From NCBI GenBank assembly GCA_039621445.1, contig CP154954.1, positions 32,651,455-32,715,454 on the forward strand: a stretch of 64,000 nucleotides of DNA, read 5' to 3'. Positions 26,301 to 38,300 of the stretch are shown here, in pieces. The stretch comes from Euglena gracilis (Eukaryota). Every line of letters starts with the position of its first letter. Position 1 is the first letter of the stretch. The translations under genes were made by a program, and so were the position numbers. The notes beneath the pieces are model-generated. The model was given only the letters and a program-made list of their open reading frames with translations, had not been told where the DNA came from and did no database searches.

Positions 26301-29300
26301 TAAAAAAAAAGCTGTTCACGCATATTCAATCAAAAACCTCAAACCGAAGGGAAATGGGCGAAATTTATTCGCAGCAAAAACAGGTGATTAGGTCCTTGAC
26401 ATATTATGGCAGAGCTTGTCAGAATTTTACGGCGAATATACAAGAGGGGAGAGGTGAGGGATGCCCAGAAACAGCGAAATGCCTGATGTGGGGTGGACCC
26501 CCCCACTCCCCCACCAGGATGGGGTGAAGGGAGTGGTCGTCCCCCTCCCCACCCACCACAGCAAGGTTTGCAAAATTCGAGCTGAAAATGAAGTCACAAA
26601 CTCTCGGCAAAAACAAGCTAATTCCAGGGGAAACTGATTTCTGGCATCGCTGGAAAAATTTTCTGTCGGACACTCGAAAAAATGGGGTTTCCAACTGTTT
26701 CGATTCTGACCCCCATTCTATCCTGGGATGGCCCTTGGGACATCCCTCAAAAAATCGACGCCTTGAAATTTTGAAAATGCCTGTAAAAACCTTAACCGGG
26801 TCGGTAAAATGAGCCCCCATCAACCCCCCAAAGAAGTATGGGAGCGCTCAATGCAATCTGCCGCCTCAGATGGCGCTTCTATTTTGATCCCGCCTGGAAG
26901 ATTTTTGTTGATATTCTTCAGAAAGCCCAGCAAAGTGGAGACTGCCCGACCAGGTGCTCCACCGACCATTATGGTCCGGGCCTACCGAACAGACTTCTTC
27001 TTGAGACCCCCACCGGGTTGGGTTTCGGCGCAAAGCGCCGAAATTTTTTGGGAAATGCCCTCAGACGGCCCGATTTTGTCCCCCCCCCCCGGGGTCCAGC
27101 GCTGGGCTGGGTGGGTTGGGGACCCCCCCTCCAGCCTGGGACCCCCTAGGGGGGGGTCCGGTCCCAGACCCACCCACCCACCCCGGGGGGGGGGGGGGCT
27201 GCTGGCTTAAAAAAAAAAAGCCTGCTACCGACCTCTATGGCTTTCCAATAAAGTTAATTCAATATTCTTGTGGAACATGAAGAAGGCCCATTTTTAGCAA
27301 AGAATGCACCTCTGGGTGCACCTGTGCAAATAGGTTGGACCATGCAGCCGCCCAGAGCTTCTGTTGGGGGGGGGGGGGGGAGTTGGGATCTGAAAATTGG
27401 TCCGTTGGGTTGCTCATTGAACCGGTTTAAACAGATACATATGTGGCCGGCAGGCGGGTAGCAGGGGGGCCCCCCCCCGGGGGGGGGGGCCTGCTACCCA
27501 CGACCCTGCACCTGCCAACATGGCCATTAGCGCAACATGGCCATTAGCGCACCTAACCCTACTCCTTCAATTAACCCCATAATAGCGCAACATGGCCATG
27601 TTGCACAACATGGCCATGTTGCGCAATATGGCCATGTTGCGCTATTATGGGGTTAATTGAAGGAGTAGGGTTAGGTGCGCTAATGGCAGGTGCAGGGTCG
27701 TGGGTAGCAGGGGGGCCCCCCCCGGGGGGGGGGCCCTGCTACCCGCCTGCCATGTTGCCTTGTACAAAAACAACTGCAATGCCATCTCCACACCCAGAAG
27801 ACGTTGTTGCACAATCTTTGGTGCGGGCGCAGTGACTTCAAGGCGGTGCAGATTATTCAGCAGAAAAAGCGGCGGTGTCTCCCCGCCCCTCCAGTGCCAC
27901 CTGGGCAGCCACTCCAGTGACGGGGAGGCGCCCAACGCAGCCAGCTCCTTCGGCGCACCTTCCCCCAGCTGGTTCGTGCCAGTGGCCCACCCCGGTCCTA
28001 CACCCGCCAGGCTGAATTTCATTAAGCTCGTCTCGGGGTTACTTCGGGCGGTACTAACCCCCCACCCGAGTTGTGCCTGGTCGTGAGGAAAAATTTCCCC
28101 CAAAATGACATTTTCCGGCCTTCGAACCCCCCTCCCGAGGACTGACTTCAGCTATAAGTAATAACACCCCCTCCGACAGATGAAAGCAAAGAAAAAAGAG
28201 AATAGAATGAGCGGGAATGTTGCAAAAATCACAAAAAGGGATGGTTTGGTGCAGAAAATATGTCGAAAAGAGTGCAAAAAAAAAAGACAAAATATTGATG
28301 ATTAGAACCTATTGAAACGCTTTTGGGTCGATTCTTGACTTCAAAACTGTTGCCCTGATAATAACCTCCAAATATCACCCCTCCCCGGGACCCTGACTTC
28401 GAGTGTCCAAAAAATAACTGGGGGGATTTTGTTTGGGGGGTTCATGTGCCCACCCTCCATCCTGGCCGCAGTAGGGTTTATCATTAGCAAGTGTGATGAT
28501 CACCTATCAATGGTATTACAAAGCGAAGAAGGCGCCCCAGGGCAGACAAAGCCCTCAGATCTGACCCCCACCCTGGGTTTGACATTAAACCAGGTTTTGA
28601 GTAGTGCTGAGCTCTTAAAGGGACATGCATGTGATGGAATGCCGAAAAGACTAGCATTGCAAAGTTCGCGTAATTTATAATTTACAAATTACACTCTTTC
28701 AATTTACGGTGACTTTCAGTGATTTTACGGAACTTTCTGAAATGACAATGATAATCCCCCCCATACACCCCATACCCGTTTTATAGGATTTTTTGACTTT
28801 TTTACCCATTTTAGAGCCAAACTCCATGGGTTTCGGGCCCAAAACGGGGCGCAGGGTCGAAAAACGCTCATTTTTGGCTGAGAAACAGGTTTTCCGGGTC
28901 CGGGAGGCCAAAAAGAATCGTTTCGAACAAAAAAAAATTCGATTTTTTCCGACTTCTTTGACCCGTTCCTGGCCAAACTGCATGGGTTTCGTGCAAACAA
29001 AAAAAACAGGGCGCTGGCGGGTCGAAAAACGCTCATTTTCGGCTCAGAAACAGTTTTTCCGGGTCCGGGAGGCCAAAAAACATTGTTTCAGGCAAATTTG
29101 ACCAAAAATGACCGAAAACGGCCAAGTCACATCAGGCCAAAACTGTACAAAACGGCCAAAATCGGCCAAAAAAATGACCGTAACTCGAGCTAGGCGGGGA
29201 GTTGCGGGGAAATCAAAATACTGTTAGATAGGGCATTTTAAGGGCTTCAATTTAGGTCTCCAGACATTTCCTTTGATTTTGCTTCATTTTTGAGATATCT

Positions 29301-32300
29301 TAAAACATCGATTTTTTGACCCCGAAAACAGCCCAAATGGCCCCTGAAATGGGCCAAAATTGGCCGAAAAATGGCTAACTCGGTAACTCGGTAACTCGGT
29401 AACTCGGTAACTCGGTAACGGAAAATGGTAACTCGGGCTACACGAAGAATTGGGGGAAAAATAAACCATTCCAAGGGCTTCAATTTTGCAGTCCGGACAT
29501 TTTCTTTGATTTTGATTCATTGTCGAGATATTTTGGAAAAACCGATTTTTTGACCCTAAAACGACCCAAAAAACCCCCCCCCAAAAATGGCCGTTTTGGG
29601 CCGCAAAAGCGCGCCGGAACACGGGCCAGGCGTGCCAGCGGCCAAAACGGCGAACGGGGGCGATAGAGGGCCTCCGGGGGTGCATTTCGTCAGACCCACA
29701 TTTCCGGAAATAATGTACGTTTTCTCGAGATATTTTCAAAAAATAGATTTTTTGACCGATTTTTGGACCCCAGCAAAATGGCAAAGTCGGAAGAGAGGGG
29801 GGGGGGGGGGCGGGCCGCCTCCACCTTCTGAACAGTGGCTGAATTACAGACCCCAATCATTATCTGGTGCACATTAAAGTCCTGCCAGAGGGGAATGAGA
29901 GTCTGCGGCCTTTTATCGGCATCGTCCTCAGTCCGGCCCCCCTCGCCCATGAATGAGGGGGAGGGAGGGACCTCCTAAACCCCCCCACCTCTAACCCCTG
30001 GGGGGTTGTAGGTGGGGGGTCGCTTGAGCTCTTATCTCTTTATGGGTAAGAGCGAAGCTTACCCCTGGGTCCAACCCCCCCCCCTCCCCTCGGGCCACCT
30101 TGGGAACCGACTGATTATCACCATGATCCTGGCCCGGTTCCCGGAATTTTTTTTTTCAGTCGCGAGCGACTGGATTTCTAGTTTCCGAATGGCAGCCCGA
30201 AACTACTGGGCCCCCCCGGGGGGGGGGGCCAGTAGTTAATCCGGGGGGTCAGAATAGTTTTTTTGTGTTAATGATGGAATAGGGTCAGGTGCGCGACTTA
30301 GGCTTAGGGTTAGGCCTAATTTATAGACGGGTGTTCGGTGTACAAGTTAGGCCTAACCCTAAGCCTAAGTCGCGCACCTAACCCTATTCCATCACTAACG
30401 CAAAAAAATTTTTGACCCCCCGGATTAACTACTGGGCCCCCCCCCCGGGGGGGGCCCAGTAGTTTCGGGCTGCCTTCCGAATCACCTTCGTTTGACCCCC
30501 AACTCCCCGTCAGGCCCGAGTTATTCACGCACGAAGGCTATGAAAGGGGGTTCCACCCTGTATCTGGAACATCCTTAGCCAGGCCTTGATTGTTTTCCTC
30601 CACACGGCCATATGGGTTCGGAGCACTGGCCGAGGCCCAGCTGGAGCACCACCGTCTGCAACTGACGCATCTCCCGCAGCTGCGCCAGCCAACAAACCCC
30701 ATCGGGCCCAGGGGACAGGTTGGAGCATTGGTGACGGAATACCAGTGGGGTCGTCGCCACGGGGAGTGCCCGTATGATTGGACAGGGGGAGTGCCGACGA
30801 ATCTAAATGAATAATTTGGTTTGATATCCAAGGGTTGATATTGGCAGCTTTTTACCCAGGAGGCCAGGCCCACTAGTGTGGGATACGGTTAGGGTTACGA
30901 TTTGGCCCAAAAGTAGACCCAATTTTGTCCTCCACAGTGGGAAAAGGGCAGCTCTATGGATCAGGCTCTGAATGAGCGAGTTGCACAACAGGGGTTTCCC
31001 AAAATTTCAGATTTTCACAACGGGTTTTCACCAAATTCTCTTGCGTGTCCACTGCAAAAACAAGTCATGATCAAAACCATCACTTCAACGTCAAACAATC
31101 GTCGTCATTGATTGGCGGAAACAATGATAGCCATGGCCACTGCCCTCTGCCCGCGGCGGAGCTGGTTCTGGTTCAGGTTGAGGGCCAGAGAGCGCAGGGA
31201 CGTGGAGGCCCGGAGGCCGGCGAGGGCCTCGGCGCCGTCCGGCCCGAGGTGGTTGCCGGACAGGTCCAGGCGGAGGGTGTGGAGGAGCGGTGCCTGCGCC
31301 AGCAGCCCGGCGGGGGCGGCCTCCCGCCTGCGGCAGTGGGGCCCATCGGGGACCTGGCCGGCGAGGGGGGGGGGCACACCAACCCGAGGGCCCAAACTGA
31401 TCAATGGCCCGCCTGTCGCGGCCATTGAAACGCCGCCACTGTACAAACAGAGCTGGAAGTTGGAAAGTCACAGCGGTCACACACGGGGCACGGATCCCTC
31501 GTTCGGGTGTGGCAGAGGCCGCCCCCCTCGCCAGCGCCGCCGCCCCGCCGGGGCCGATGTGGGCCCGGGCGGCGTCGAGGGACAGGGTGCCGAGGCGGGC
31601 GGCGGTGCGCAGCCCCGCCAGCGCTGCCAGCCCGCCGTCCCCGATGGGGTTGCGGCCCAGGTTCAGGTGCCGCCAGGGCCGCGGCCGGTGGGTCGCCGGC
31701 AACACCTGGCACAACACTCGGCCGCAATCGACAAGGTCTGGCGAGTGGACCGAGGCGGAGGGGCCTCCAGGCAGGGATCATCATTTTTCAAACGCGCCAA
31801 AACCTTAAAATGTTTTTAAATGCAGCTTAAAAATATGGGCAGAATTTTTCTCCGATTGAATGAAACAAAAATGAAAGCACAAAATCTCGACAAAAACAGG
31901 CCAGCTCCGGGGAAAAAATGATGATTTCTGGCATTAAAAAAATAAATAAAAGTATGTTTTTGATTTTTTGATTTTGGACCTCGTGCAAAATCAAAAATGT
32001 TGGTTCGATGCCCACACAGCCCTTGAACAGCCCTGAAAAATGGCTCCTTTAAACGCCTTAATGGACAGGGCTGAAAAAATGCCTCCTTAAAGCGCCTTAA
32101 AAGTCTTTAAAGCCTTAAAGTGCCATAAAAGCCTTAAAAAATGCCGTAAATTTTTGAGAAAAAAAATTCCCTTAAAAAATGCCTGGCTCCCGGGCTCTTT
32201 TTCAACGACCCCCATGGGTGCCTTGTGCTGTAGGTGCCAAACCCCCCCAAGGGTTGTGACCTTCTTAAGAAGCGTGGTTGCTCCCCCTTTCTTTTTATTT

Positions 32301-35300
32301 CCCATGCCCTGTGGACTGGGGGTGCCGGGGCGGGCCCGGGGGCCGCCGCCGGCCCTGGCCGCAGCGTGTGCAGTGCCGGGGCCGCCCCCAGTCCAGCCAG
32401 CGCCTGGGCCCCCGCCACGCGCAAGGGGGTTCCCGTCCAGCGGGCTGGGATTGCCGGTGGAGGGGGAGGGTGGGGGCTCTGGCAGCGCCGGGCACCCCGC
32501 TGGCCGGGCCGATGTCGGTTTTGTACACGTCCAGCGACAGCCACTGGAGGCCCGGCATGTGGGCGAGGCTCCGGCCCGCCGACCTGCCTGGATTCGGTGC
32601 CCCCCCCCACCACCTCGGGATTGGGACATAAACGGGATGCCACCACTCCCTTCCGCTGGCTCTTGTTCACTCTCACAAACTCTGGAGCATTTTCTTTGTC
32701 CAAGGACCCAAGCCCATTGAAGTAGAACGAAAAGGGTGGCTGGAAACCTGCCTTTCAACAGAAATCTGCCGATGCCAAGCTCAACTCAAACCTCAGCAGA
32801 AGAATGCAAATGATCAATGAACCAAGAGGGAAATGGGGGGGGAATAACTGATATCGGAGGCCCTCAGAGAAATTGAAGGAAAAAACTGATATCAGGAATG
32901 TTCACATTTCTGCTGGAAGGACACGATTCTGAGCTACACCCTGAATAGAAGTAACTAAAAATCACGTACACCTGCAAATTTTTTCAACTGCTCCAGAAAT
33001 TTTGGAACATTGGTTGGCATTTTTTTCAACAAAATATTACAAAATTATACTTCTTCTTATTTTGGAAACATGCTGCTTCCACAACATATGCAATTTGTTG
33101 GCCCCAAAAAAATCAAAAAATGACAAAATTTGCCAAAAAATTTCGTCTTGGGATAAATCTGGTCCAAAATTGAAGGCAAAATTATTTACCAACAGAACTT
33201 AAAGGAAAAAAAAAGAATTGCCGAATTGGCCGGCCTTGCCGGGTTTTGACAAAAATTTGCCAAGATTTGGAGAAAATGTAAACACATACGAAAAAGGTAC
33301 TTGTGTTACCCCTTCGTTTTTATATCATCCGTGGAATGGCCGGAACTCATTGATGCGATAAATTTTGCAAAGCAAAAAAATTGGAGAATTTGCAGGAAAT
33401 TGCGGGAATTGAGGCAAAATGCAGGAAACCGAGGGGAAACTGCTGAAAATTGTGGGAAGATTGCAGAAAATTGCGGAAAATTGCAAAAATAAAAAAAAGT
33501 GGATCAATTGGCTGTCCATTATTCCCCTAGGGAGGAGGAATTTTCAGGAAAAGTTTTACAAATTTAAATATCAGTCCTTTGTGACGCTTTTCTCTGCACC
33601 TTCAACATTTCCCAATGCTTTTGATACCCCCCCCAAGGAATGGAAAATACAACGCCACCAGGCACCCAAAGGCAGCTTTATGGCAAACCACTTCAAGGGA
33701 GACCACAGGGAGGGCGGCGGCCGCCAGGGCAGAGGCCCCGATGTCCCCAATCTCGTTGTGGGAGAGGTCGAGGCCAGGCTTTTTTTTTACCAACCCCGGG
33801 GGGGGGGGGCTCGGAGTGCCTTGGAGTGCCTGCCCAGGCAGGCACCCCCCTCCCCGGGGTGGGGTCGGCACCACCTTAAAAAACAGCCTGGTCGAGGCAC
33901 AGCCGAGCGAGGCCCGCGTGGCGCTGGAGTCCAGCCAGCTCCGCCGCCCCGAGCGGCCCCACCCGATTGTTGTGGAGGTCGAGCATCGGCGGCAGCGCCC
34001 TTTGCGAGGTCCGGCATTGGAGCGGACGGCGGTCGCAGTGAGGCAAAGTTCTCCCAACTGGATGAGGATTCTATTTTTAAGCGCCCGGGGGGAGGGCGGT
34101 CCCCCCCCCACCCAGCCGGGCACAGGACCCCCCCCCCCCGGGACAGCGGGGACTATCCCCAAAAACGGACTCTCTGAAGGCATTTCCCAAAAAAAAAAAC
34201 CTTCCAGCGCTTCGCGCTGAAACCCGGACCTCCAGGGGTTCGGCCCGTCTGGGGCCGAACCCCCCACCCCGGAAGGAGGTTGGGCCCCAGCCCCCCCCCC
34301 CCTGTGGGGGTCTTCTGAGCTAAAAAGAAGCTGGTTCAGATATCAGGAGATGACAGGCCCGGGTACCCCCTCTTTGTCCAAGGATGTTGTTGTTACACAT
34401 CATTGTTCCAAGAACGTGTTGTTGACACAGGGGAGGGCAACAACTTGCCGTGTGAACGGCACAGCATTTCAACGGAAATGCCAGGTGGCATTCCGAAAGT
34501 GCGCTTTGGCACAGTTTCAACGACACTTGTGCAAGAGAGGCTGCCCTTACCTAACCCCCCCAAATATAAAGCCCCCCCCTTCACATTTGGGCGGGATCTC
34601 AAGACCCTCAAGGGGGACTTTATATTTGGGGTGGGGAGTTTAAAATTGGGGGGATCGACTGTTTCTGGGTGGCCCATCCTGACTTTGGCAGCCTTCAACC
34701 ACAGTCAAGTGCCAAAATTATACCAAATTTTCATTGTGTACCTCAAATTTACCTCAGAATTTGCAATTTTTGTCCAAAATGGAGAATTTCTGGTGGGAAA
34801 TTGTTACATCCACCCATCTGTTTTCCCTGATCGGCGGGTGTCACATTGGGGAGGGCTTTATATTCGGGCAAAACCAAACCTCCTGGGGAGGTTTATATTT
34901 GGGGGGCTTTATACTACCCCCCCCCCCCCACTGGCCGTGCCATATGGGCCAGGGTGGCAAACGCCTGGCACACGAGAGGTGTGAAGGACAGTGGGCAGGG
35001 TGGACAACCCACGACAGGCTGAGAGTTGGCAGTGAGTGAGCACTCCATAATGGGAATGACCAAGAGCACATGAATAGCCTGAAACAGCTGAATCCAGCGA
35101 CAGATGACGTTTTTTTTTTGAATTTCAACTGCCTTTTTTAAACGATTGGACCGTTCTGAGTTCGCGCAACATCACTACTGTCTTGGAAATCTAGTTGCAT
35201 GCCAAAGATATAGACGTGGTTGACAATTTGACACAGTGAACACAATAGAACGAATGCAGTGGCTGGAACGGAGGAAGGCCCTCCAAAGCCAATCAAAAAA

Positions 35301-38300
35301 GGATGATAATAATAAAAAGGTGAAAAAAAACTCTTATAGCCGTGTTATCAGCACCTATTTTTTTAAGAAACGGGTGACAAGAAGTCATTCCAGTGTGATG
35401 GCCAGTATGGGCCTTCTTCATTGTAGATGGAAACTGTGGTTCCCCCCAATGCAATTCATCAATATCATTTAGTTGTTGGACTGCAGGTTTTTGGCTAATA
35501 AAGTTCACCCTGGCAGGATTGTCACTTGTTGTACTTTGGCACCATCTGCACCTTGCCTGTTGGCACCTCTGCGAAAAGAAGAGGTGCCAAGAGGTGCCAA
35601 ACAAGGTTCGTTCCAAATAAAACTGTCCTGGGAAAGCGTTATGGGGACGTTGCGTTACGGTGCTTCCCATTGCATAAACCACTCCACATGGTGGAGAGCC
35701 CAATCAAACCAGCCAAGGCAGTAGCACCCTTGTCCCCCACGGCGTTGTCAGAAAGGTCAAGCGCCAGAACACGAAGGGATGCGGGGTGGGACCTCTGCCG
35801 GTTGGAATGCACGCCAGCCCCCCCATTTCCCAGCCATACCCATAGGGGTTCAAGGATTCCCGTCCAGTTCTGGGGTCCAGACCCCTGCCAAGCCTTCAAT
35901 GCAGGGATTTCTTAAAGACCAGGATGGAGGGAGGGAGGGGTCCCCCCACCCACCCCTGCCAGAAGGCTCCCAAACACACATGCAAAGTGTATGTGCCGTG
36001 TGCTATGGAGACACCTGCCGTTGTGCACACTCACTGCAATGTATTTAGATGATTACACCGGCATTTCACCCGTGTCGCCCAAAGGTTGCTTAAATGTTGC
36101 TGCTGCTTAACTTTGGAGGGGTTGTTTAAATTTGGAGGGGTAACCCACCCTGGAGGTTCCAGCAGACCAACTCACCCCACACCCCCCAGGTCCAAACATT
36201 AAAAAAATTCTGTCTAAATGAGGGGTTACATGGAAAACAAAAAACCCAGAACTTGTTTGAGTACCTTTTCTTTCCCAGAAAAAAGAACATTTTTGTGGTC
36301 TTGAAACAATTTTGGTTTTCAAAAAAAATAGGGGTTGAACCCTAATTCTGATGGAATTCTGAAGAAAATTGACAGAAGGGCCCAAAGACGTGTGCCCCCG
36401 CTTTCCGCACATCCGTGCTGAAATTTGGGGGGTTTACAATGCAATTCCCGGACACTCTTTCCTCGAGTCCTCCTCCACACCACAACTAATTCAAGGGCTG
36501 TTTCCATGGTGCTTTCACGTCAGACATACCTACTGCAAAGGCTTCAAAATTAAAAAACCCTTTCTAGAATTTCTCCAAACTGTCCCCTCACATGAGGATC
36601 GCCACCATTTGAATCCCGGGGCAAAGGCTCAATTTTGGTGTTTTTGGCCTGACCTAAATTCTTCCAAGTTTTGTTTCCCCTGCGTTCCGCCCAAGAAATG
36701 TAAAACCTTAATGCTGTCCCACACATTTCCTGTCAGGCTCCATGGTATGGTCAATATTCCCTTGGATTCCAGTGTGGCCAACTGCCCTCTCCACTGGAGT
36801 AGTGACTGAAGTAGTGACTGACCGGACTGGCTGGTTTTGGAAATGACCCTGGTGGTCGGTGCTGGACCCCACCTGCAAAACATGGCTGCCTCTTTGAGAG
36901 AGGTAATTGCGCAGTTGCATTAATGATCCTTTCAAATGATGAATTTGCACACGTTGGGCAAATGGGACGAGATACGGCTGAAATGCGAGATCGGCTGCCA
37001 AAGCTAACTTCGCTGGAAAAGGCAGCTGACTGGCTGGACACCCCTGTGGGCAGTGTCCAAGCGAGGCCAGGCTCCCATGCTGCTTGTGATTGGGATTTGC
37101 TGTTGAAATGTGATGCATCAAAGCAGGGTCAGAAGATAAATTGGCAGAGACCAAAACAGAATCTTTGAGGCGTGCCAATGCAACGGCACCATCCGACGTC
37201 ACTTGGTTGTCCCACAAGTTCAAGCAGAGGCAGGGGCGAGGTTTGCAGTTGGGCTACCTCCGTATTTTTTTTAATCCATTCCTTGTGACATTCAATTCCT
37301 TGTGCACTGGACAAGAATTACAGAAAATATACACAGGATGACCCGGGGGGTCAGTGTTATCTGATGTGCTTGGCATACTTTCGCGTGCTTGGGACACACA
37401 AGGGTGCAGGGGGGGGGATAGATATCAGAGTCTTTCGGAAAAACTGCGTAAAAATTGCAGGAAATTTTTAAATGTGTTTTTGAGAATTAGTGCACTTCTC
37501 CTGGAAGTGGGGGTTGGAAAAAACCTCACAAATTTGCTCATTTTGCAACACAGGTGTATCTTTTGAGCCGTTATTCACATTCCAACAAAAAGGTCTAAAA
37601 ACTTGATTTTTGTAATTTGGAACATGCTCGTTCGGGAAACATGGAATTTCTTGGTGAAAAAGCCAAAACTGGCAAAAAGTTGCCGAAAACTTTGGTCTCG
37701 GGTAAAATCTGGTCAGGTGAGCAGAATTATTTCCCAGCAGAAATTGGGGGAAAACCTAAAAAAGACCCAGAATTTTGTCAAGTTTTATAATATTTTTGGC
37801 AACTTTTGGCAAATTTGCAACAAAATGACAAAAAAGCACCTGGTTCCCTTGTGAAACGTTCAGGAATGGCCGGAACTCATTTCGCCTTCCATTTCAGGTT
37901 CATGCGAGAAAAAAAGCTCAAAGGGAAAAAAATGCAGAAAAATTGCAGGAAGTTATGGAAAATTGCGAAAATTGCGGAAAAATTGCGGATATCAATTTCA
38001 CCCCCGAGGCGGACAAACTGCCTTGACCCCACCCCTGGAGCATACCACCCACCCCTACAAATGGTGTGCTCCCACTCCTCCAAGGGCAGCCCTGGACCTA
38101 TCAGCCCCGTCCGTGGAGCCCCGGCCCTGGGCACAGGGTGTGCAGGGAGGCGGCCCGCTGCAGCAGCGCGAGCGCCTCCGCCCCGGCACTCTCGATCTTG
38201 TTCTTGTGGAGGTGCAGGGTGAGGGACGTGAGGGACGCGCAGGTGAGCACACAGTGAGGCTGCCACTGGACTTCCATTCTCCATCTGTGAGTGAACGCAT

